NCBI GenBank assembly: GCA_965208125.1
Contig: OZ242320.1
Span: 4,544,001 to 4,608,000 of the forward strand
Source of the DNA: Candidatus Latescibacterota bacterium
GTDB lineage: Bacteria; Latescibacterota; UBA2968
Reading direction: 5' to 3'
DNA: 64,000 nucleotides
Shown: piece by piece, positions 36,566-45,106 of the stretch
Layout: every line of letters starts with the position of its first letter
Numbering within the stretch: the first letter of the stretch is position 1
Notes under the pieces: generated by a model
What the model was told of the DNA's origin: nothing
Database searches by the model: none
What the model saw: only the letters and a program-made list of their open reading frames with translations
Position numbers and translations under genes: made by a program

Positions 36566-37720
36566 TTATCCGCTTATTCGATACTTTTCCAGGGCATCCT
36601 CATCGAGTTCACATCCAAGTCCTGGCTTTGTTGGAACAATGGCTTTGCCTTTTTCAAATTGGATGCCATCTACAATTAGATCATCTTCCCGCGTCCAACT
36701 CCCGACAAAATCACTGGGCATAACGCAATTTCGCGGCACACTTGCCGCGTGAAGATAGGCCATTTCCATTACGCCGAGGTCATTTCCGGATCCATGCCAG
36801 CAGGGAATGCCCGCAGCATCGGCAATCGCCGCGTTGTGGACAAATTGCCACATGCTGCCCCCCAGATTGAAAATATCTACTGCTTCCACCTTGATTGCGT
36901 TGATGATGTCGTGGGGATTCGCCAGATGCAATGCGACCGGGATTGTCGTTGCCGCTCTCAGTTGGCAATACCAATCCAGGTTCCATTTCGCCATTGGATC
37001 TTCGAGCACGCCGACATTGCCGACTGCCTCGAATTGTTTTGCCAATGCAATGGCTTCTGCTGGGCGATAAAATCTCTGATTCGGATCGATTGTGCATTTG
37101 AACGATATATCTGTGGCTTCCAGAATTGCCTGGACGCGAGCGACCATTGGTTCATCAGAGGTACATTTCATTTTGACACCGTGAAATCCGCGTTCGTAAC
37201 CGAGCCGCGCATTAAGGGCTGAGTCTTCGGGCGTTTGATGGCCGATCCAGTAATCCGCTGGTACGCGGTCTCTGTACGCACCGCCGAGCAGTTCGTGGAC
37301 AGGGCAGTTTCGGATTTTGCCCACGATGTCAAAAACCGCCATTTCAAACGCCTCATAACCCGCGCCAGTTCCCCAGCCGGTCAAATTCTCCCAATCGCGC
37401 GTTCCGACTTCGTCTTCAGACGCAACCGCGTCTCTGAAAGGCATGACTGTGTTGCGGTGCGTAGCGGCGTTTCTAAATACGTTTTGCAGGCTCAGTTTGA
37501 GAGGATCTCTTCCTTTGAGTTGGTTAAATCCCTGTCGAATTGCACTTTCAGGCGTCCCGCGCGAGGTTTCTCCCAGTCCGTAAATCCCTTCATCGGTATT
37601 TAGCCTGATGATGTGTTTGGGAACCTGGTCCCAGCCCGCAGGACCAAATGATGCGCTGTGTACACGGCCGGGTATGGTTGGAACAACGACTGTAATGATG
37701 TCGATGGATGCGATTTTCAT
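36566..37720 (-). CDS. Enolase-superfamily (MR/MLE, glucarate dehydratase-like) enzyme
   Basis: MKIASID, GLGE, KMK, DPNQ, LEDP, WHGS, PGLGCELD. Confidence 0.85.
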   Translation of the reverse strand: MKIASIDIITVVVPTIPGRVHSASFGPAGWDQVPKHIIRLNTDEGIYGLGETSRGTPESAIRQGFNQLKGRDPLKLSLQNVFRNAATHRNTVMPFRDAVASEDEVGTRDWENLTGWGTGAGYEAFEMAVFDIVGKIRNCPVHELLGGAYRDRVPADYWIGHQTPEDSALNARLGYERGFHGVKMKCTSDEPMVARVQAILEATDISFKCTIDPNQRFYRPAEAIALAKQFEAVGNVGVLEDPMAKWNLDWYCQLRAATTIPVALHLANPHDIINAIKVEAVDIFNLGGSMWQFVHNAAIADAAGIPCWHGSGNDLGVMEMAYLHAASVPRNCVMPSDFVGSWTREDDLIVDGIQFEKGKAIVPTKPGLGCELDEDALEKYRISG

Positions 37721-37742
37721 GGCGTTTTTCTCACAGTGATGC

Positions 37743-38486
37743 CTATATGCTTCGCCCGCCATCTACAATGAGATTTTCCCCCGTGACAAAGGGGCTGAGG
37801 ATGAGTCCGAGGATGGCGTCGGCACAGTCTTCACCGGTTGCGACGCGGCCCATTGGCGTGGCTTCCAGGTGGAGTTTGCGAAAGGCGTCCCAGCCGATTC
37901 CCCAGCGCGTATCGACAAAGCCCGGGGAGATGGCGTTGACCTGGATATCGGGTGCTTGACTGGTTGCCAGAGAATTCGTCAGGCAGATCAGCGCGGCTTT
38001 GGACGCGGAATAGGCAATTGAACTGCCCTTTCCAGAGATACCGGAGATGGAGGCGACGTTGACGATGCTCCCACCGCCACTTTCTTTCATTTTTGGGATT
38101 GCTGCCCTGGCTGCGAAGAAGGCCCCCTTTACATTGACGGCCATTGCGCGATCCCAGTCCTCCTCTGTCAGGTTCTCCAGGTCGTCCAATGGCACGAACC
38201 GCGTCATTCCCGCGCTGTTGACGAGAATGTCGAGGCGGCCGAGTTCATCGACTACGCGATCTACCATTTGCCGAACGGCTGAGTCGTCCGATACGTCTGC
38301 TTTGACGGCGATGGCTTTGCGCCCCAGTGCTTCGATATCTAAACAGGTTTTGTTGGCGTCATCTTCAGATCGACTGTAGTTGACGGCGACATCCGCGCCT
38401 TCTGTGGCGAATAGCAGCGACGTTGCGCGACCGATGCCCGTTCCTCCTCCAGTGACAAGTGCTACTTTGCCATCGAGTTTTCCCAT
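37743..38486 (-). CDS. Short-chain dehydrogenase/reductase
   Basis: TGGGTGIG, NSAG, YSASK; start re-called at MGKLDGK. Confidence 0.93.
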   Translation of the reverse strand: MGKLDGKVALVTGGGTGIGRATSLLFATEGADVAVNYSRSEDDANKTCLDIEALGRKAIAVKADVSDDSAVRQMVDRVVDELGRLDILVNSAGMTRFVPLDDLENLTEEDWDRAMAVNVKGAFFAARAAIPKMKESGGGSIVNVASISGISGKGSSIAYSASKAALICLTNSLATSQAPDIQVNAISPGFVDTRWGIGWDAFRKLHLEATPMGRVATGEDCADAILGLILSPFVTGENLIVDGGRSI

Positions 38487-38518
38487 GGTGACTCCCTTCA
38501 ATGTTGTGTGTATAAAAT

Positions 38519-38562
38519 CGCTTAAATTAGGCGAAGATATGCCCAAATGTCAATTGGGTTTT
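38519..38562 (-). promoter_or_regulatory. Promoter block B (TTGACA-18-TAATTT), similar to 28634-28677
   Basis: 34/44 ungapped identity to block A; upstream of the SDR operon. Confidence 0.65.
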
Positions 38563-38728
38563 TAATGATCCCAAGATCTGGTATTATATGCGAAAAAGGA
38601 AGTGTATTAAAGTGGAAATTGACGTCGTTCGATTCTGATGCGGCGTCTTTTTTTATTTTATTTTTTGAATTTGATACCATATTGGAATAACGAGCCGATT
38701 TCAATACAAGATCACAGGAGATTTGATT

Positions 38729-39508
38729 ATGACCCCCGAAGAAAAATTCATGTTTGACCTCGAAGGTTATCTCGTCGTCAGAAATGTGCTCTCCAAAGAG
38801 GAAGTTGATCAATGCAATGAAGTTGCAGACCGCATCGCGCGCGACCAGTTTGAAATCTATCGAGACGATGGGCTAAAACTCGCCCGGAATATCACGCTGT
38901 GGGATCCCTGCGTTCAGGGTCTCATAGATCATCCCAAAATTGTCCCTTATTTGATCGAACTTTTGGGACCGAGTATCCACTTTGATCAGGATTATTGCAT
39001 TTTTTTGGACAAAGGCGGTTCCAAAGGTCCGCTGCACGCCGGTACGATGAAATCGAAAACGGAATTACTCCCATTTTTTTACACGTATCGCGACGGCATC
39101 ATGCGCAATGGTTTGACAACACTGGTCTATGCGCTCACGCCCGTGCGAAAGGGCGATGGCGGTTTTTGCTGTATTCCTGGCTCGCACAAGTCCAACTTCC
39201 AACTCGCTATCCCCGAGGATGTTATGTATTTCAAACGGCCCGCCCATTACGTCGTACAACCCGAATTGGAGCCGGGTGACCTGATCATTTTTACGGAGGC
39301 GACAGTACACGGCACTATGCCCTGGACAGCCAATCACGAACGCAGATCATTTCTCTTTAAATACAACCCCGGGAATACGATTTCATGGGCGAATTATTAC
39401 AATATAGATGACTATGATCACTTGACCGAGAACCAAAAACGCATGATGACGCCGCCGGGAGGCCACGGTCCAGGGAAGCCTCCAAGGCTTGAAGTCATTG
39501 CGCCATGA
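38729..39508 (+). CDS. PhyH-like Fe(II)/2OG enzyme with H-A-G (candidate halogenase)
   Basis: FDLEGYLVVRNVL, PLHAG, PGSHK, PGDLIIFTEATVHGT.PW..ERR. Confidence 0.85.
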   Translation: MTPEEKFMFDLEGYLVVRNVLSKEEVDQCNEVADRIARDQFEIYRDDGLKLARNITLWDPCVQGLIDHPKIVPYLIELLGPSIHFDQDYCIFLDKGGSKGPLHAGTMKSKTELLPFFYTYRDGIMRNGLTTLVYALTPVRKGDGGFCCIPGSHKSNFQLAIPEDVMYFKRPAHYVVQPELEPGDLIIFTEATVHGTMPWTANHERRSFLFKYNPGNTISWANYYNIDDYDHLTENQKRMMTPPGGHGPGKPPRLEVIAP

Positions 39509-39526
39509 TACACAAAGGAGACAGCG

Positions 39527-40519
39527 ATGAAAGCAGCTATTTATTGCGGTCCGCATGATATTCAGGTGGCAGACTTGCCAGAGCCGGAAATCAATGCAAA
39601 TGAGATTCTGGTGAGGGTGAAGGCGTGTGGGATCTGTGGGTCGGATCTGCACGCTTATCGCATCGGGCTGTTTGAAGATTCTTTGGGACGTCCGACAGAG
39701 AAGGGCCTCATCATGGGGCACGAGTTTAGCGGTGAGGTTGTGGAAACGGGGCGGGATGTGCAGCGATTTCGGGTGGGCGACCACATTTCTGGTGGGGGGT
39801 TGGGCGGGTTTGCCGAATATCTTCCCCTGGAAGTCAATCCCGAGCGTCCCTATAAGTTGCCCAAAACCATTAGCTTTGAAGAAGGCGCGATGATGGAGCC
39901 TCTCGCCACGTCGATACACGCAGTGGGGCTGGCAAAACCCATTGAGGGAGAAACTGTTGTTATTCTGGGCGTTGGGATTATTGGTCTGGGATGTATCCAG
40001 GTCATTCGGGCAACTGCGGGCGGGCGCATTATCGCGGTTGATACGTCGCCAAAACGATTGGCTATGGCGCGCCAATTGGGCGCAGATGAGATCGTGAATT
40101 TGACGGAGGTAGATCCCGTGGATGCTGTTATTGAACTCACGGGTGGTGAGAGACCTGTGGAAAGATTTGGCGCGCGGGGAGGAAATGCTGATGTGGTTAT
40201 CGATTCTGCTGGTGCGAAAGCCTCGCCGAATCAGGGGTTGACGATGCTAAAACAACAAAATGGTCGCCTCGTTCCCGTCGCTTTGTTTGAAGATCAACCC
40301 GAACTCAATTTTAACCAGGTGGTGCGCAAGCAAGTGACGCTTCAGGGGTCCTGGTCATGGACTCCCGATGACTACAGGTGGGGGATTGAACTCGTCAGGA
40401 GTGGGAAAATTGATCGGAAACCACTCGTTTCACACGCCTTTCCACTCGACCAGGCACCCGAAGCGTTTGCGACACAGGCCAAGCCAGGCGCTGCCATCAA
40501 AACCTTGATAAAACCTTGA
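39527..40519 (+). CDS. Zn-dependent alcohol/polyol dehydrogenase (MDR)
   Basis: CGICGSDLH, GHEFSG, EP, GVGIIG; the 4-Cys structural-Zn lobe is absent. Confidence 0.9.
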   Translation: MKAAIYCGPHDIQVADLPEPEINANEILVRVKACGICGSDLHAYRIGLFEDSLGRPTEKGLIMGHEFSGEVVETGRDVQRFRVGDHISGGGLGGFAEYLPLEVNPERPYKLPKTISFEEGAMMEPLATSIHAVGLAKPIEGETVVILGVGIIGLGCIQVIRATAGGRIIAVDTSPKRLAMARQLGADEIVNLTEVDPVDAVIELTGGERPVERFGARGGNADVVIDSAGAKASPNQGLTMLKQQNGRLVPVALFEDQPELNFNQVVRKQVTLQGSWSWTPDDYRWGIELVRSGKIDRKPLVSHAFPLDQAPEAFATQAKPGAAIKTLIKP

Positions 40520-40539
40520 GTAATCATGAAAGGGATAGC

Positions 40540-41697
40540 ATGAAAATTACCGATGTTCAAGCCTGTGTGATTGGCAAACCCGAACCCCATAGTGGTGGGT
40601 GCGTGTGGACATTTGTTCGGATATATACCGACGAAGGCATTGTGGGTACGGGCGAATGCAATTCAGCCTCGTATTACACGGGTTTTGGTTTGAAAGAATC
40701 GATTTTAAAAATGAAGGGGATGTTGATTGGTGAAGACCCGATGAATGTGGGGCCTTTGTACGAGAAAATGCGTCGTCGTGGGCGGTATGCGGGTACTACC
40801 CAGGCACCGCTGATTTTTGCATTGACCGGCATCGAAAATGCGTTGTACGATATTGTGGGTAAGGCGTTGGGGGTGCCAATTTATCAGTTGTTGGGGGGCA
40901 AGTTTCGCGATAAGATCCGTCTCTACGCCGATTGTCACGCTGGGGATTCGGCCACGCCAGAGGCGTATGCAGAGAAGGCGCTGAGTGTTGTTGAGGAAGG
41001 CTACAGCGCGGTAAAATTTGATGTGGATCATTCGGGTGTGGGCAAGCTCGATCCGATCAATTGGACGGTGGGGGCACGGGAAATGACGCATGTGACTAAT
41101 TTGATCCGTGCGATTCGTGAGGGCATTGGTTTTGACATTGATTTGGCGATTGATTGCCACGGCCAGTTTGATTTGCCTTCGGCGATTACGTTGGCAAAAG
41201 CTGTGGAAGATGTGCGGTTGATGTGGTTGGAAGAGCCAGTACCTGCTGAGAATATTGATGCGTTGGTTCAAGTGCGTGCATCTACGAGCACGGTCATTTG
41301 TACAGGTGAAAATCATTACACCCGTTTTGAGTTTTTGGAGATGTTCAGACAAAAAGCGGTGGATATAATTATGCCCGATTTGGCCAAATCGGGTGGCATT
41401 ATGGAGGCTAAGCGCATTGCCGAAATTGCCGATGCGCATTATATCCCCATTGCGCCACATAATGTGTCGTCACCTCTGGGCATGATGGCCGCGTGTCATG
41501 TAATGGCGACAGTTCCCAACTTTTTTGTGCTCGAATTTCACGGGCGCGACATTCCATGGTGGGCCGATCTGTGTGGAGGCGAAGAATTTATCAAAGGGGG
41601 CTGGATGGCTGTTTCTGACAAACCCGGTATAGGCGTCGAGTTAGATCCTACCGTCGCCAAAACACTGCTGGCTGACGGGGATACCTATTTTGATTAA
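40540..41697 (+). CDS. Mandelate racemase/galactonate dehydratase-like enolase
   Basis: VKFD, DCHG, WLEEP, TGEN, APHN. Confidence 0.9.
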   Translation: MKITDVQACVIGKPEPHSGGCVWTFVRIYTDEGIVGTGECNSASYYTGFGLKESILKMKGMLIGEDPMNVGPLYEKMRRRGRYAGTTQAPLIFALTGIENALYDIVGKALGVPIYQLLGGKFRDKIRLYADCHAGDSATPEAYAEKALSVVEEGYSAVKFDVDHSGVGKLDPINWTVGAREMTHVTNLIRAIREGIGFDIDLAIDCHGQFDLPSAITLAKAVEDVRLMWLEEPVPAENIDALVQVRASTSTVICTGENHYTRFEFLEMFRQKAVDIIMPDLAKSGGIMEAKRIAEIADAHYIPIAPHNVSSPLGMMAACHVMATVPNFFVLEFHGRDIPWWADLCGGEEFIKGGWMAVSDKPGIGVELDPTVAKTLLADGDTYFD

Positions 41698-41728
41698 CGA
41701 ATGGGGACACAGAACGCTTTAGCAGCCC

Positions 41729-42436
41729 TTAGATAAGTTCGATATCGCGCAAGATCCAGGATAGCAGTGTGAATGTGACAAAGACAGGGCGCTGTTGTGA
41801 ATCGAATACATAGTGGATGGGCAGTGTTCCCTGTCCTGTATGGCAAAAAGAGAAGAGGGATTGGCCGTTGGATTCGATTTGTTCGGGACCGTGAAGTAGT
41901 TGATTTGTTTTACAGTACGTAAGTTCGTCGATGGTTGTAAACGCTTCGTCCATGGGGGTGGTCCGATTGGCAAGCGCAAAGGGGAGGATCCATTGACACG
42001 ATATGGATGTATCCGCCGAGAAGTATTTTTTACCCACTGTCCCGTTCATTTCTATGATTGCGTCTCGAACTGTGCCATTGATGAGCAGGCGTTTATCCGG
42101 TGTTTCTGCCTGGTACCAGGCGAGTTCCCAGTCCTGGATTGATTCACCAATGCGCTCATCCCGCGCTGTTGTGACGGTTGCTTCGTAAATTTCCCGCCCA
42201 CCGCCATTGCGTTTTTCAACGATCTGGTATTTTGCGCCGTTCTCTTTGTTGTAGTGCGAGATTTCTACTGTTCCTATTGGTCTGTCGTCGGTCAATCCGT
42301 CGGGATGTGTTTTTGTCCATTGCAGGATTTCGTAGGTCAATTTGCAATTGGAATCCAATTGCACGGTTTGAGTTGGGGCATCGTGGTTTTGCAATTGCCC
42401 GGCGATTGCGTTGAGTTCGGCTGGTATGGTGTTCAT
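41729..42436 (-). CDS. Hypothetical protein, translationally coupled to the sulfatase
   Basis: ATGA overlap with the sulfatase stop and a GGAGG RBS; no recognisable motif. Confidence 0.7.
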   Translation of the reverse strand: MNTIPAELNAIAGQLQNHDAPTQTVQLDSNCKLTYEILQWTKTHPDGLTDDRPIGTVEISHYNKENGAKYQIVEKRNGGGREIYEATVTTARDERIGESIQDWELAWYQAETPDKRLLINGTVRDAIIEMNGTVGKKYFSADTSISCQWILPFALANRTTPMDEAFTTIDELTYCKTNQLLHGPEQIESNGQSLFSFCHTGQGTLPIHYVFDSQQRPVFVTFTLLSWILRDIELI

Positions 42437-43743
42437 GATCCCACCTCCTCTGTCCATCCATTTCCACGTTTGAGATTTTCCATTCTCTCTTCTCTTATTC
42501 TATCTCTTTCGCCCGTTTTATCAGGTCCGCTGTAGGGTGTGACGGTGTTTGCGTATTCGGCGAGGTATGTGGCGTGCCTGTGTTTGACGGCATCAAAGCC
42601 GGGTTCTGATGCGAGATTGTGTTTTTCCAGGGGGTCGTTTGCTAAGTGGTAGAGGGTGTGCTGTCCCGAGTCGTAGAGAATGGATTTGTACTGGTCGTCG
42701 CGAATGGCGATTGCACTCGCGTTTTCTCCTATGACGCTTTCCCGCCATGCGATGTCGTCATTCCCTTCGAGGAGTGGGCGCAGGCTATTTGCATAGGTGG
42801 TGTCGGGCAGGGGAGGTGCGCCGGCGTAATCGCAGATTGTGGCGGGGATATCCACGCCCGATATGAAGTGCGAATCGTTTTGCCCATTGGGGATACTGCC
42901 GCGTTGCGAAATGACGAGTGGGACTGCCCAGGCTTCTTCTTCAAAAAAGCCTTTCAATACTCTTCGATGATGCCCAGAGCCTTCGCCGTGGTCGGCTGTA
43001 AAGATGATGAGGGTGTTTTCAATGAGGCCGTTGTTTTCCAATGTGTCGTAGATCAATCCGATCTGGGCGTCAACGGTTTCTACCATTCGGTAACACTGAT
43101 AGATGTAATATCGCCAGTCTGCGTCTGACCAGTGGCCGACCCGGTGTTTCTGGTTTGGCGGCATGAGACTGATTTCGAAGTTGCCGGGTAAATCGGGCAG
43201 ATCGGGCAACTGAGGCTCCATGCCGTATTTTCCCACGGGTCCGCTGACGCCGCAGACATAACAGCAGTCGTGTGGGTTCAGAAGACCGACGGAGAGGAAG
43301 AAGGGGCGGTTGTCATTTGCGTGTTCGGCGATATATTGTGCTGCTGCTCTGGCAGAGCCAGAGTCTTGCAGTTCTCCGTAGGGATGTCTGTCGTAGATCA
43401 CGTCAAAACTTTTGGCAACATCTCGTCCCGTGACATGCCATTTGCCGGAATACACGCAGTTGTAATCGGTGTGTTTGGTCAACCACTGACCGAGGTCGGG
43501 CAGGTTGGGATCGATGGGGAACGGATTGCTGATAACGCCGTGTTCGACGGACATGCGTCCGGTGTACCAACTCGCGCGCGCAGGACAACAGACGGGGTTG
43601 GCGCTGTAGGATCGCCTGAAAGATATGCCTTCTGAGATCAGGCGGTCCATGTTGGGCGTTGACACGTCTCGATTTCCATAGGCGGATATCGCGAGGTGAT
43701 GTTGTTGATCCGTGTGGATGAATACAATATTGGGTTGGTTCAT
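42433..43743 (-). CDS. Sulfatase (Cys-type, choline-sulfatase-like)
   Basis: PNIVFIHTDQ, CCPARAS..TG, GKWH, NPHD, FTADHGE. Confidence 0.92.
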   Translation of the reverse strand: MNQPNIVFIHTDQQHHLAISAYGNRDVSTPNMDRLISEGISFRRSYSANPVCCPARASWYTGRMSVEHGVISNPFPIDPNLPDLGQWLTKHTDYNCVYSGKWHVTGRDVAKSFDVIYDRHPYGELQDSGSARAAAQYIAEHANDNRPFFLSVGLLNPHDCCYVCGVSGPVGKYGMEPQLPDLPDLPGNFEISLMPPNQKHRVGHWSDADWRYYIYQCYRMVETVDAQIGLIYDTLENNGLIENTLIIFTADHGEGSGHHRRVLKGFFEEEAWAVPLVISQRGSIPNGQNDSHFISGVDIPATICDYAGAPPLPDTTYANSLRPLLEGNDDIAWRESVIGENASAIAIRDDQYKSILYDSGQHTLYHLANDPLEKHNLASEPGFDAVKHRHATYLAEYANTVTPYSGPDKTGERDRIREERMENLKRGNGWTEEVGS

Positions 43744-43955
43744 TTTTTTTCCTATCACTTTTTTGTAGAACTATATTTGTTACGACAGATGTTGAGAATC
43801 TGGAGACATGAACGTGATAAGTGGGCTGGTATTCTGGCAAGAATGGATATGATCCGACGCTGTTTGGTGTGAGTTGTCTTGACGTTCACGGGTGGATAAT
43901 ATGCATTTCAAATGCACATTATCGACTTACATAGTTTCGCTCTCTCTCTGGGAAC

Positions 43956-44222
43956 TCATCCCTCCATCGCCTGCTGAATTTCATCCAGAGTTGGCTCATT
44001 CCCAGGTTGTGTTTTTCCCAGGAAAGTTCCAAATTTAGCGATCACAAGGTCGGGATTTTTGCCACTCAGACGGCTTTTCATCCACTCGAGTGTTTCATCT
44101 TGTTGGACAGCCGCTTGAAGCCAGTAGTTTACTAAACTATTAAAAGACATATTTTTCTTTTTTGCCAGCCGCATCGCTTTGTCCTTTAGTTCATCTGGCA
44201 ATCGTACAGAAATCGCGCTCAT
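43956..44222 (-). CDS. Ribbon-helix-helix (HicB/CopG-like) antitoxin
   Basis: ISVRLPDELKDKAMRLAKKKNMSFNSLV; directly downstream of the PIN gene. Confidence 0.8.
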   Translation of the reverse strand: MSAISVRLPDELKDKAMRLAKKKNMSFNSLVNYWLQAAVQQDETLEWMKSRLSGKNPDLVIAKFGTFLGKTQPGNEPTLDEIQQAMEG

Positions 44223-44238
44223 GGTTTGTCTCCATCGG

Positions 44239-44673
44239 CTATAGATACAGGTCGCAAAATTGTTGAGGGGTCAAAACTACGAGGTCTGGAAATCTCAACT
44301 CACCCATTCTAAAGTCTGTAATATTTTTTGTCACCACCAAAGCGTTGGTTGCAATAGCCGCTTCTAATACAAAATTGTCTTCTTCATCGGGCAGATTTGG
44401 ACGCCACAAATAAAATACTTCAGATTGAGAGGCAAGTGCCAGCAATGCGTCCAGGACAAACGCGATTTCTTCTTTACTGGCACCTATTAATTTGCGGATG
44501 CTTCTTCTTGTCAAGACCGATTCATATTCGAGATATAGCTTTTGTGTTAAAACCAGGGGAATAGTTGTCTTTTGAATGTTTTGAAGAATTTTGAAACTGG
44601 GAGAGTCTATACGGCGACATAGTCCAGCTACAAGCACATTTGTATCCAGAACGATTAACGGCGGCGTAGCCAA
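44239..44673 (-). CDS. PIN-domain toxin (PIN_3 type)
   Basis: VLDTNVLV, LEYE, WRPNLPDEEDNFVLE, VTKNITDF. Confidence 0.9.
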   Translation of the reverse strand: MATPPLIVLDTNVLVAGLCRRIDSPSFKILQNIQKTTIPLVLTQKLYLEYESVLTRRSIRKLIGASKEEIAFVLDALLALASQSEVFYLWRPNLPDEEDNFVLEAAIATNALVVTKNITDFRMGELRFPDLVVLTPQQFCDLYL

Positions 44674-44819
44674 GTTGTCATCCCTCAGGCGATGGTGTGA
44701 TTAAGGTTGTGATACCAAATATAATACCATTTTAGATAAAAATACAAATAAATTGATGCTGACAGATCAATTCCGGTTGTGTATTTTGTGCTGACTACCC
44801 ATAACATGAGAAAATTGAG

Positions 44820-45026
44820 ATGAGTTATCGAGAACCTCTTGTAACTGTTATCACCGCAACAAATCCCGGCTTGCTCGCGGTGATCAAATCCGTGCTTGAC
44901 GATGCCGAGATCCCCTGTATAACCCGGGGCGAGGGATTTCAAACTCTGTACGCGGCAGGACATGTTGACGTGCTGGTATTTGAAAGCGACGCCGAGCAGG
45001 CAAGGGCACTATTAAAAGACCTTTGA
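44820..45026 (+). CDS. DUF2007-like small protein
   Basis: LVTV...IKSVLDDAEIPC..GE...VLV.ESDAEQARALL. Confidence 0.8.
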   Translation: MSYREPLVTVITATNPGLLAVIKSVLDDAEIPCITRGEGFQTLYAAGHVDVLVFESDAEQARALLKDL

Positions 45027-45106
45027 CGTATTTTTCTATAGAAGGCGATGAGGTTAATTTGGTTCAAGTTGAGGAGATCAATAGAGGTTGCTATTGTTCA
45101 GGTAAT

